In this document: piece after piece, positions 20,891 through 30,700 of the stretch | How the letters are laid out: each line of letters begins with the position of its first letter | Numbering within the stretch: position 1 is the first letter of the stretch | Source of the DNA: Phycisphaerae bacterium | GTDB taxonomy: Bacteria > Planctomycetota > Phycisphaerae > UBA1845 | Assembly (NCBI GenBank): GCA_963666835.2 | Contig: CAXXGO010000006.1 | Coordinates: 576,001-640,000 of the forward strand | Length of the DNA: 64,000 nucleotides | Reading direction: 5' to 3' | Notes under the pieces: generated by a model | Databases searched by the model: none | What the model was told of the DNA's origin: nothing | What the model saw: only the letters and a program-made list of their open reading frames with translations | Made by a program: the position numbers and the translations under genes

Positions 20891-23800
20891 ATGTACGAGC
20901 CGACCGCTGCCCGAGATGCAAGGTTTCTCCGCATCGTGATGTTGGTCGTATTCGCCGCGGCTCTGGGACGCAGTGCGGGGGCGAGTCAATCCGAGCCGAT
21001 CGTTGTTTCCATGACGATCCCGGCGGAGTCGCCGAAAGTGATCCCGGGTGACGAGGGCAGCGAGTTGCGGGTCGAGGGGTTTGGCAACCTCCATTGCGCC
21101 GGCGAGCCGGCACTGCCCAGCAAGATCTTCGCGATCGGAATTCCCCCGGGGAGCGAAGTCGCCAAGGTGACGTTTGATTTGGGTGCCGAGGTTGTTTTAC
21201 CCGGAACGTATCGCGTCGCTCCGGCCAAGCTCTCGCGGGTCATCGGCGAGGAGGATCCCGCGCTGTACGCCCGAGATCTTCAGCGTTTCAACGAGCGTTA
21301 CGAAGCCGTGTACGGCAGCGATGATGCCTACCCATCGTTGACGGTGGAGCCCGTGCGGCAGGCCGGCTATCGCAAATATGATCTTGTCGATGTGCGGGTC
21401 ACCCCGGTCGCCTATCATCCGAAGTCCGGCCGGCTGAGCTACTACTCCGCTATCACGGTTCACGTCCACTGTGAGCCGGCGTCTGCTCCGAAGCAGGCTA
21501 TCGTGGACAGCCTGGCCAAGAACGAGCGTATTGCCCGGGAGATCGTGGCCAACTACGACCAGGCGGCCGGCTGGCATCCGCAGACGGACGCCGCTGCCAA
21601 GGGGCTGTACGACTTCGTTATTGTCACTTTGGATACTCTGACATCCGCGGTAACGCCGTTGGTTAATTGGGAGACGTCCAAAGGTCGCAATGTAAACGTC
21701 GTCACGACGTCCTGGATCGACGCCAACTACACCGGATACGACCTGGCCGAGAAGATCCGCAACTTCCTGCGGGAGAAGTACCCGTCCGGTGAATGGGGAA
21801 TACAGGATGTGTTGCTGATCGGGCATTACGACGATGTCCCGATGCGGCGGACAGCCCAGGATGTGGGATACGGCCAGCCGGAGACTGACTTCTATTATGC
21901 GGAGCTGTCGCTGCCGGATAGCGAATCCTGGGATTCCAACGGGAACCACCAATGGGGCGAGGACGCCGATGCGATTGACTTTTACGCGGAAGTGAACGTC
22001 GGGCGGATTCCGTGGAGCCAGCCGACTACGGTCGCGAGTATCTGCAACAAGTCGGTGGCATTCGAGCAGAACCAGGACCCCGCGTTCAAGAAGAACATGC
22101 TGCTTCTCGGGGCGTTCTTCTGGTGGGATACCGACAACGCTTATCTCATGGAGGCCAAGATCGATCAACCCTGGATGAGCGATTGGACGTTCACCCGGAT
22201 GTACGAGAAGAATACGGATTATTCGTCATCGTTCGATTGCGACTATCCGCTGCTCAACAGCAACGTAATGTCGGTCTGGCCGACAGGGCAGTACGCATTC
22301 GTGAACTGGGCCGGGCACGGTTCACCGACGTCGACGCACATATACGGTCTGGGAGCCCCCGCGTTTATCGATTCGTCCGATTGCCCCTCGCTGAGCGACG
22401 ACTATCCGGCGATCATCTTTGCGGATGCGTGCAGTAACTCGGACACGGACGATTTGAATATCGGCCAGGCCATGCTGGAGCACGGCGCGGTCGGATTTGT
22501 CGGTGCCACCAAGGTGGCTCTGGGTACTCACGCATGGTCGAGCGGCTATGACGGCTCCAGCCAATCACTCGACTACTTCTTCACTACGTGCGTAACTTCC
22601 GGCGAGTATACGCAAGGTGAAGCGCTGCAGTGGGGTCTGCGAGAGATGTACACCCACGGGCTGTGGGACTACAACAAGTACGAGACGTTCGAGTGGGGCG
22701 CGTTGTGGGGTAATCCGAATCTGCGAATCGGCCCACCGCCGATTATGAAGATTCAACTGCCGGACGGTCCGCCGGAGTATATGGAGCCCGGAGTCGCCAC
22801 GGAGTTTACCGTGCAGATTCAGAGTGGGTCCGAGACCTACGTGCCGGGCTCAGGCATGCTCCATTATCGCTACGACGGCGGAGTGTATCTGACGACTCCG
22901 CTCACCCACAATGTGGCGGATTACTATATCGCCACTCTGCCGGGGACCGGTTGTGCGTCTACGCCCGAGTTCTATATCAGCGCTCAGGGCGACGGGGGCA
23001 GCACGGTGCTCAACCCGGCCGCGGCGCCCAGCTCGGTCTACACCGCAACGGTGGGATTATGGGCTGCGGTTTTCGAGAATCCTCTTGACGTCGACCCCGG
23101 CTGGACTACCGAGGGGCTGTGGGCGTTCGGGCCGCCGACCGGCGGTGGAGGGGAACATGGCGGCCCGGATCCGACGAGCGGCTACACCGGTGATAACGTC
23201 TATGGCTATAACCTCAGCGGTGATTACGAAGATGAACTTACCGTCGAGCAGCATTTGACCAGCGCGGCCATCGACTGCAGCGCAAAGAGCAACGTGAAGC
23301 TGATGTTCCAGCGTTGGCTGGGGGTCGAACAGCCGCGCTGGGATCATGCATACGTTCGAGTTAGTAACAATGGTACGAATTGGACCACCGTATGGGAGAA
23401 TGAGCAGGAAGTCACCGACACCACTTGGCAGTTGTGCGAGTATGACATCTCCTCCGTCGCCGACGATCAGCCGAGTGTATACGTTCGCTGGACTATGGGT
23501 ACTACGGATACCAGTTACAGATACTGCGGCTGGAATATCGACGATGTCGAGGTATGGGCTCTGGATACGTCGTTCGAGACCTGTGCAGACGGCGTACTGA
23601 ACCAGGGCGAAGAGCGCATCGACTGCGGCGGGCCGTGCCCGCCCTGCGAATGCCTGACCGACGAGGAGTGTGGCGACGGGCTCTACTGCAACGGTGGGGA
23701 AGTGTGCGACGTGCTCGGGCACTGCGGATCCGGCGCGTACCCGTGCCCGGGCCAGATGTGCGATGACGCCGGCGACGCGTGCGTGGACATCGCTTGCACG

Positions 23801-25090
23801 ACGGCCCCGGAGTGCGACGACGGACTCTACTGCAACGGGATAGAAACTTGCGTAGGCGATGTTTGCCAACCGGGAACACCGATCGATTGCGGCGACGGCA
23901 TTGCCTGTACGGTAGATTCGTGTGACGAGGTCGCGGACACCTGTGTTAACCTGCCGAGTGCGACGCGATGTGATGACGGCCTGTACTGCAACGGGGTTGA
24001 GATCTGCGATGCTCTGACCGGTTGCCAGGGAGGCGCGGCCATCGAGTGCGGCGATGACGTGGACTGCACCGTAGACTCCTGCAACGAGCTTCTCGATACG
24101 TGCAATAACATTCCCAGCGACGCGGCGTGCGACAACGCTCTGTTCTGTGACGGAGCGGAAACGTGCGATCCGGTGGCCGGTTGTCTGACCGGAGTGGCTC
24201 CATGTGTTCCGGACCAGATGTGTCGCGAGACCGATGACCAGTGTGTCGAGTGCGTAGAGGACAAGGACTGCCCGGACGACGGGGATCTCTGTAATGGAGC
24301 GGAAGTATGCACGTACGCGGGCGATTGTACTCATACGCCGGTCGCCGACTGCAACGAGAACGGCGTGGAGGATGAATGCGATATTCTCGACGGTACGAGC
24401 GAGGACTGTCAGCCGAATGGGGTTCCGGATGTGTGCGATCTCGACGGCGGGGGATCGGCCGATGAGAATGGCAACGACATCCCGGACGAATGTGAGGCTG
24501 AGCCGCCGCTGGCGGCCCCAGCCCCGTACGATATCAGTTACAATCGCTACATCGCATTCATACCAAACAACTCCAGCGCTGTCGCGCTGCGGGTCGAGGT
24601 GACCGGGAGTGTGCATTCACCGGATTCGGTCGGAGTCTTCGGTTGGGTCGGGCAGCAGGGGCCGGATTCGGTATCGCAGATTGTCTCGGAGCCGTATTTC
24701 TCAGATTTCTGGCCCGCAGTGGTGCGCGTGGCCGATTGCCTGATCGTCCCGGCCGCAACGTACTCGATTACCGCGACCACCCAGGGGACGCTCTTTAGCG
24801 AGCCCTTGGAGGTAATGACCACGCCTGCGCCGTTGCCCAAGGCGTGGGCCGATGTAGTTGGCGAGTTTACGGGCGACAGTTGGTCGGCACCTGACGGTTT
24901 GGTGGGTATGAACGACATTATGGCGACTGTCCAACGGTTTCAGGCCGTACCGACGGCTCCGCCGACGATGCAGGTGGATGTCGACGGGCAGACGCCCAAC
25001 CGAGTGATTAACATGACGGATGTGCTTCAGGTGGTGAACGCGTACCAGGGTGAGCCGTACCCGTTCAGCGATCCGGCAGGCTGTCCGTAA
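20891..25090 (+). CDS. Secreted gingipain-like C25 cysteine peptidase with propeptide, MAM-like domain, Cys-rich repeats and shared C-terminal domain
   Basis: C25 propeptide (GEPALP..IGIPPG), IRNFL, VLLIG, TDFYYA, VGRIP, catalytic AGHGS and FADACS, and LWGNP. Confidence 0.9.
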   Translation: MYEPTAARDARFLRIVMLVVFAAALGRSAGASQSEPIVVSMTIPAESPKVIPGDEGSELRVEGFGNLHCAGEPALPSKIFAIGIPPGSEVAKVTFDLGAEVVLPGTYRVAPAKLSRVIGEEDPALYARDLQRFNERYEAVYGSDDAYPSLTVEPVRQAGYRKYDLVDVRVTPVAYHPKSGRLSYYSAITVHVHCEPASAPKQAIVDSLAKNERIAREIVANYDQAAGWHPQTDAAAKGLYDFVIVTLDTLTSAVTPLVNWETSKGRNVNVVTTSWIDANYTGYDLAEKIRNFLREKYPSGEWGIQDVLLIGHYDDVPMRRTAQDVGYGQPETDFYYAELSLPDSESWDSNGNHQWGEDADAIDFYAEVNVGRIPWSQPTTVASICNKSVAFEQNQDPAFKKNMLLLGAFFWWDTDNAYLMEAKIDQPWMSDWTFTRMYEKNTDYSSSFDCDYPLLNSNVMSVWPTGQYAFVNWAGHGSPTSTHIYGLGAPAFIDSSDCPSLSDDYPAIIFADACSNSDTDDLNIGQAMLEHGAVGFVGATKVALGTHAWSSGYDGSSQSLDYFFTTCVTSGEYTQGEALQWGLREMYTHGLWDYNKYETFEWGALWGNPNLRIGPPPIMKIQLPDGPPEYMEPGVATEFTVQIQSGSETYVPGSGMLHYRYDGGVYLTTPLTHNVADYYIATLPGTGCASTPEFYISAQGDGGSTVLNPAAAPSSVYTATVGLWAAVFENPLDVDPGWTTEGLWAFGPPTGGGGEHGGPDPTSGYTGDNVYGYNLSGDYEDELTVEQHLTSAAIDCSAKSNVKLMFQRWLGVEQPRWDHAYVRVSNNGTNWTTVWENEQEVTDTTWQLCEYDISSVADDQPSVYVRWTMGTTDTSYRYCGWNIDDVEVWALDTSFETCADGVLNQGEERIDCGGPCPPCECLTDEECGDGLYCNGGEVCDVLGHCGSGAYPCPGQMCDDAGDACVDIACTTAPECDDGLYCNGIETCVGDVCQPGTPIDCGDGIACTVDSCDEVADTCVNLPSATRCDDGLYCNGVEICDALTGCQGGAAIECGDDVDCTVDSCNELLDTCNNIPSDAACDNALFCDGAETCDPVAGCLTGVAPCVPDQMCRETDDQCVECVEDKDCPDDGDLCNGAEVCTYAGDCTHTPVADCNENGVEDECDILDGTSEDCQPNGVPDVCDLDGGGSADENGNDIPDECEAEPPLAAPAPYDISYNRYIAFIPNNSSAVALRVEVTGSVHSPDSVGVFGWVGQQGPDSVSQIVSEPYFSDFWPAVVRVADCLIVPAATYSITATTQGTLFSEPLEVMTTPAPLPKAWADVVGEFTGDSWSAPDGLVGMNDIMATVQRFQAVPTAPPTMQVDVDGQTPNRVINMTDVLQVVNAYQGEPYPFSDPAGCP
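23575..24345 (+). repeat. Cys-rich protein repeats within the first C25 gene
   Basis: About five CxDG(L/D)xCNGxExC-type units, two CTVDSC units and one CADGVLNQGEERIDCGGPC unit. Confidence 0.8.
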
Positions 25091-25173
25091 GGGAGCAGGG
25101 GAGGTATCCGGTCGGCACTGGGAGCGTTTTGCCCTCGGGCCTGCCGGGTCCTCGAATGAAAGGAAACGTCACG

Positions 25174-27600
25174 ATGCAACGTATGACCGGTTGTACCAGC
25201 AAGCCTCATTGCAGGGCGTATTGGATTCTGGCAGTTGTCGTTGGGCTCAGTGCGAGCGGGGCCTTCGCGGGTGATTCAGCAGTCAGCCTGACGATATCGC
25301 CCGGCGAATGTCAGATAATCGACACGGAGAATGGGGTGAAGCCCTTTCTGGACGGGTTCGGCTACTCGCTCGTGCCGGGTACCCCGACCTTGCCGTCCAG
25401 GATCTTCGCCATTGCCGTCCCCGCCGGCGCGCAAGTGCAGGCAATCGACGTCGAGATGGGCGAAGGCGTACTGCTACCCGGGGCTTTCGATATCGCTCCG
25501 GCTCCGTTGCCGCGTGTGATCGGGCAGGAAGATCCGACGGTCTATGCCCGCGAAAAGGCGACCTATGACAGCAACTTCACCGCCGTGTACGAAAGCGCCG
25601 ACGCCTACCCAAAGCTCGCGGCGGAGCTGGTCCGCACGGCCGGGTATCGCAAGTATAACCTTGCAGATGTGCGGGTAACGCCGTTCGCCTATCGTCCCTT
25701 GCTGGGTGAGTTGACGTACTATCCGAACGTGACGGTCCATGTTCAGTACGATCTGCCGGATACGGCCCGGGCCGCGATTATCGACGACCTGCCCCGCACG
25801 GAACGGATCGCGCGGGAGATCATTGCTAATTATGACGAGGTTTCCGATTGGTATCCGCGGTCTGCGCGGGCGGGTCGCGGACTCCACGATTACGTCATCG
25901 TCACGACCGACTCCCTGGCCTCGTCCGTAACGTCTTTGGTTGATTGGGAGACATACAAAGGGCGAACGGTCGAGGTGGTAACCACGTCGTGGATCAACTC
26001 CAACTACTCGGGTTATGATACCGCGGAGAGAATCCGCAACTTCCTTCGGGACAAATACCCGTCCGGGGAGTGGGGTATAGAGGACGTGCTGCTCGTCGGG
26101 CATTACGATCAAGTGCCCATGCGCCGCACCGCTCAGGACGAAGGCTACGGAAGACCGGAGACGGACTTCTACTATGCAGAGCTTTCGCAAGCGGACAGCG
26201 ATTCGTGGGATAGCGACGGCGATCGGCAGTATGGGGAGTACAGTGATTCGATCGACTACTATGCGGAGGTCAACGTCGGGCGCATCCCGTGGAGCGATCG
26301 GGATACGGTTCAGCACATTTGCGAAAAATCTGTGGCCTACGAGCAGAACGGCGATCCAACCTATAAGAAAAACATGCTGCTGCTGGCCGCCTACTTCTGG
26401 GCGAATACGGATAACGCCGAGCTGATGGAAGAGAAGACCGCCCAACCTTGGCTGGCGGATTGGACGTTTACCAAGCTCTACGAGAAGAACGGCGATTACT
26501 GGTCCTCCTATGCCTGTGACTACCCGCTTACCCGTGCGAATGTCCAATCGGTATGGCGGAACGGTCAATTCGCATTCGTCAACTGGGCCGGGCATGGTTC
26601 TCCAACCTCGACCCACATTTACGGACTCGGGGGCACGGCCTTCGTGAACTCGTACGATTGCGGATTCCTGAACGATGATTATCCCGCCGTTATTTTCGCG
26701 GACGCCTGCAGCAACTCCGATACGGACGAAACCAACATAGGCCAGGAGATGCTCAGGCAGGGCGCGGTGGGGTTCGTCGGGGCCACCAAAGTGGCGTACG
26801 GCTGTAGCGGCTGGAACAGCCCCTATGACGGATCGAGCCAATCACTGGACTACTTCTTTACTTCGTATGTAACCAGCGGGGACTACACGCAGGGCGCGGC
26901 CCTGCAGCGGGCAATGCGCGAGATGTATACGAATGGGTTGTGGTACTACACCAAGTATGAGACTTTCGAGTGGGGGGCCTTATGGGGCAATCCGAATCTT
27001 AGTATGGATATACCCGACGTGTCGGCGCCTATAGCCGTGGGAGGACCGAAGAACCGTTATGTCTCCTTCGGACCTAATAGTGGCGGAATGTGGACGGCGT
27101 ATCAGGTCGAGCTGACCGACAGCGAGTACTTTCCGGAGTCCCGCGGAGTGCTCGGCTGGGTCGGTGAACCTGACGCCGATGGAATCGCGAGCATCGTTGC
27201 CGAGCCGTATTTCACCGGGGACTGGCCGGAGGTTGTTCATGTAGGTGACTGCCGGATCGTCCCGGCTGCGGTTTACGAAGTCCGGGCGAGCGGGGACGGA
27301 GTAATGCTGACCAACGCGCTGGAGCTGCCTACGATAACCAGCCCGAATGGGAAATACTGGTGCGACTGCGTCGGCCCGTTTATCGGAGAGTGGTCCTGGC
27401 CGGATGGCAATGTGACGATGGACGACATAATGGCCGCCGTTCAGGTCTTTCAGGCCGCGCCGTCCGCCCCGCATGTGACCTGCGTGGACGTCGACGCCCA
27501 GGAACCCAACAAGGTGGTCAATATGACCGACATTATGCGGATTGCTCAGGGATTCGGCGGAGAGCCGTATCCGTTCTGTGATCCGGGTGCGTGCCCGTAG
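25174..27600 (+). CDS. Secreted gingipain-like C25 cysteine peptidase, paralogue of the upstream gene, with shared C-terminal domain
   Basis: Same propeptide and catalytic motifs (AGHGS, FADACS, VGRIP, LWGNP). Start at ATG 25174 after an AAGGA RBS. Signal peptide ends ASGAFA. Confidence 0.9.
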   Translation: MQRMTGCTSKPHCRAYWILAVVVGLSASGAFAGDSAVSLTISPGECQIIDTENGVKPFLDGFGYSLVPGTPTLPSRIFAIAVPAGAQVQAIDVEMGEGVLLPGAFDIAPAPLPRVIGQEDPTVYAREKATYDSNFTAVYESADAYPKLAAELVRTAGYRKYNLADVRVTPFAYRPLLGELTYYPNVTVHVQYDLPDTARAAIIDDLPRTERIAREIIANYDEVSDWYPRSARAGRGLHDYVIVTTDSLASSVTSLVDWETYKGRTVEVVTTSWINSNYSGYDTAERIRNFLRDKYPSGEWGIEDVLLVGHYDQVPMRRTAQDEGYGRPETDFYYAELSQADSDSWDSDGDRQYGEYSDSIDYYAEVNVGRIPWSDRDTVQHICEKSVAYEQNGDPTYKKNMLLLAAYFWANTDNAELMEEKTAQPWLADWTFTKLYEKNGDYWSSYACDYPLTRANVQSVWRNGQFAFVNWAGHGSPTSTHIYGLGGTAFVNSYDCGFLNDDYPAVIFADACSNSDTDETNIGQEMLRQGAVGFVGATKVAYGCSGWNSPYDGSSQSLDYFFTSYVTSGDYTQGAALQRAMREMYTNGLWYYTKYETFEWGALWGNPNLSMDIPDVSAPIAVGGPKNRYVSFGPNSGGMWTAYQVELTDSEYFPESRGVLGWVGEPDADGIASIVAEPYFTGDWPEVVHVGDCRIVPAAVYEVRASGDGVMLTNALELPTITSPNGKYWCDCVGPFIGEWSWPDGNVTMDDIMAAVQVFQAAPSAPHVTCVDVDAQEPNKVVNMTDIMRIAQGFGGEPYPFCDPGACP

Positions 27601-27761
27601 CACGGACGCGCTGACCGGCAGAAGACCGCAGCGCATTCGTAATAGAGACTGGGCCCACTCTTTCCCCCCGTGGCAAGAGGGGTTGAGTACCGCGCGCGTT
27701 GAACGCCGCGCTTGTTGAGCACTTTGCCTGTCGACAACGGCGGCGACTGAAGGAGTCGACC

Positions 27762-30700
27762 ATGGTGCAGTGGGTAGCTTGGGTTGTCATCGGGCTGGCG
27801 ACCGCGGCGTCGGTGACGGGCGCGGATCCGGAATCCGTGGCCGAGGTCACTACAAGGAGCCCGGACGCGCTAGTCACGGCGAAAGCTGAGTTGCGCGGTA
27901 TTGAACGAACCGGCAGGGTTCGGCAGGATCCGCGGGACATTCCCCGTTTGAAGTGGACTTCGCCGCATGGCGAGCTACCCGGTACGTACGCTGAGTATCT
28001 GCGCCGCCATCCACTCGAGACGGCACGCTACTTACCCGAGCGGACAATGCCGGCCGCACCACCGGCACGGGGAGTCGAGCCCGTAATCCTCTCTATCCTT
28101 GTCGACGCCGATCTGCAACCACTGATCTCCGTTGCGCTGGACGAATACGTTGCGGACCTCTCGGCCGAGGGATATACGGTCCGGGTCGGAAGCGTCTCCG
28201 GCGGCACGCCGGCGGAGATCAAGGGGTGGGTGGCGGGGCAACACGCCACCGGAAGCGACGGAGTGATCTTCATCGGAGATATCACGGCCGCCTGGGCGGA
28301 GGTCTCGGAATCGGTCTTTCCCAGCGATCTGTTCTATATGGATCTTGACGGGCTGTGGGCGGACGAGGACGGGGATGGGGACTTCGAAGTCCATGAGGCC
28401 GGGGCGGGGGACGAGGGCCCGGAGATCTACGTGGCCCGCATGTACGCCCACACTCTCGATTACGACACCGAAGCCAACATGGTCAGCGCGTATCTGGCCA
28501 AGGCCCACGCCTATCGCACCGGTACTCTGACCCAGCCTTGGCGAGGTTTGGAGTATGTCGACGAAGACTGGTACTCCATGTCGGTCGATTTGGAACAGGT
28601 CTACGGCGGTGATGTCGCCCGGTACGATCTCGGGTTCTCCACCACGGCCGCGGATTACCTGGAGAAGATGGATATTGGACAGCATTTCGTCCAGGTGTGT
28701 GCCCACAGCTACTCGGGCGGTCATCACTTCGGCCAACGTCCGACCGAGGCGGCGGCCTATGCCCATGTGTATGTCCACAGCCCGACTGCTCGGGCGGCTA
28801 AGCTGCTGGTCGGCAGCGACGATGGTATCAAGGTCTGGCTGAACGGCGCAAACGTCCTGACCGAGGACGTGTATCAGGGTTGGATAGCGGATCAATTCGA
28901 TGTCGACGTGACGCTTGATGAGGGCTGGAATAGCCTGTTGTGCAAGGTCAGCCAAGCCGGGGGCAGTTACGGGTTCTCGGCCCGGGTGACGGATCCGGCG
29001 TACTCATCGTTTAGCGATCTTACCTATCAAGTGAATGATCCGACGGTCTTCGTATCGCAGGAACAGTTCATTCGCGGTTGGCTGCTCAATGGGTTTCACG
29101 AGGACATCTCGGACAACTTCTGGAGTTATCTGACCACGAACTACCTGGGGACGGATGAGGACAGAATCAACCCAACGGCCGGTGATGTAATGGGCGGTCA
29201 GACTTGGACCCTCTACACGACGGACAGCGGCTATGTCAATATGGATCCCGGCGATGAGCTGAGTTTCGGTGCTTCTTACGCGTTCACCAGAGTGTACGCG
29301 GTGGAGGCCACGAGTTGTCAGCTCTGGCTTGGTTACGACGAAGGCGCCCGGGTGTGGCTGAATGGGGCGGTCGTGCTTACGGACAATCGCTACGGTGATT
29401 TCGAATTGGACCTGGCCAAGATCGATGTGAATCTGACTGCCGGAGAGAACCGGCTGCTCATCAAAGTGTCGGAGTGGGTGGGCCCGCACGGTCTGGCTGC
29501 CCAGTTCCGCCAGGCGGACGGCGGGGCGGTCGCCGGCCTGACGTACGATCCGGACCCGCCGCCGATAAGTTTCATTGCAGACTGGCTCATCAACGGGCCC
29601 TACGGGAATGTCGACGACGCCACCCGGCTGAGCCAGGACTACCTCGGCGATGAAGCGACCGTGACACCCAGCGAGGGCGATCCCGCGGCGTTCGAAGTGT
29701 GGAACCGCCTCTTCGCCACCGGCGCCCCGGTCGACCTGGTTGCCCCTCTGGAACGCGACGGCGGGTGGGTAACCTCGGCCGACATCCAACAACAGGATCC
29801 GCCGGTGCTCTTCTACAATCTGTTCGCGTGCGGGCCCGGCCGGTTTACCGACGACAATTACTTAGCCGGGTCGTATATCTTCAACACGACATACGGTCTG
29901 ATTACGATTGCGTCATCCAAGAGCGGCAGCATGCTCAACTTCGCAGACTTCACCGCTCCGCTTGGTGAAGGCAAAACAATCGGCACAGCCTTTCTCGAGT
30001 GGTTTGACGCCCAAGCCCCGTTCGACCTGTGGGAACGTGAGTGGTACTACGGCATGGTCCTCAACGGCGACCCGACGCTTCGTCCGGTCAAGGCCGGTGA
30101 CCTCGATCGCGACGGCGACGTTGACGCGGACGACTTCGATTCGTTCGTAATGTGCTTCACCGGTACGGGCGGCGGACCGATCGCTCCCGAATGTGCCCCG
30201 GGTGATTCCGATTCCGACGGCGACGTCGATTGTGATGACTGGACCCAGTTTGAGCTATCCTGGACTGAGGCCGGTGCCCCGCCGACACTGGCGGTGTGCG
30301 ACGTTGCCGCTCCGCTTCCGGCCCCGGCACCTCACGACGGTCCTAAGAACCGCTACGTGTCCTTCGCTCCCGCCGCCGGCGAGAATCTCGCGTTCCGCGT
30401 GGAGCTGACGCAGTCGGCGCTGTTTCCCGATTCGACCGGTCCGGTCGGCTGGGTCGGTGCTCCGGATGCCGAAGGGTTGGCACTATTGATTAGTGAGCCG
30501 TATTACACCGACTCCTGGCCTGCGGTAGTGCATGCCGGGGGCTGTGCGGTGACGCCGGCGGCGACGTATCGGATTCGGGCAACGGACGGAGTGGGTGAAT
30601 CCGACCCGCTGGATGTGGCAACGGCCGCAGCCCCGACGCCGAAACACTGGGCTGACTGCGTAGGCGAGTTCGTCGGCTCCTGGGGCCCGCCGAACGGGTT

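Noticed and set aside
14916..24616. Long antisense ORFs, for example 14916-16304, 16359-17798, 21197-22168 and 23057-24616
   Set aside because: They lie opposite well-supported genes, show no motifs and are expected shadows of high-GC codon bias.
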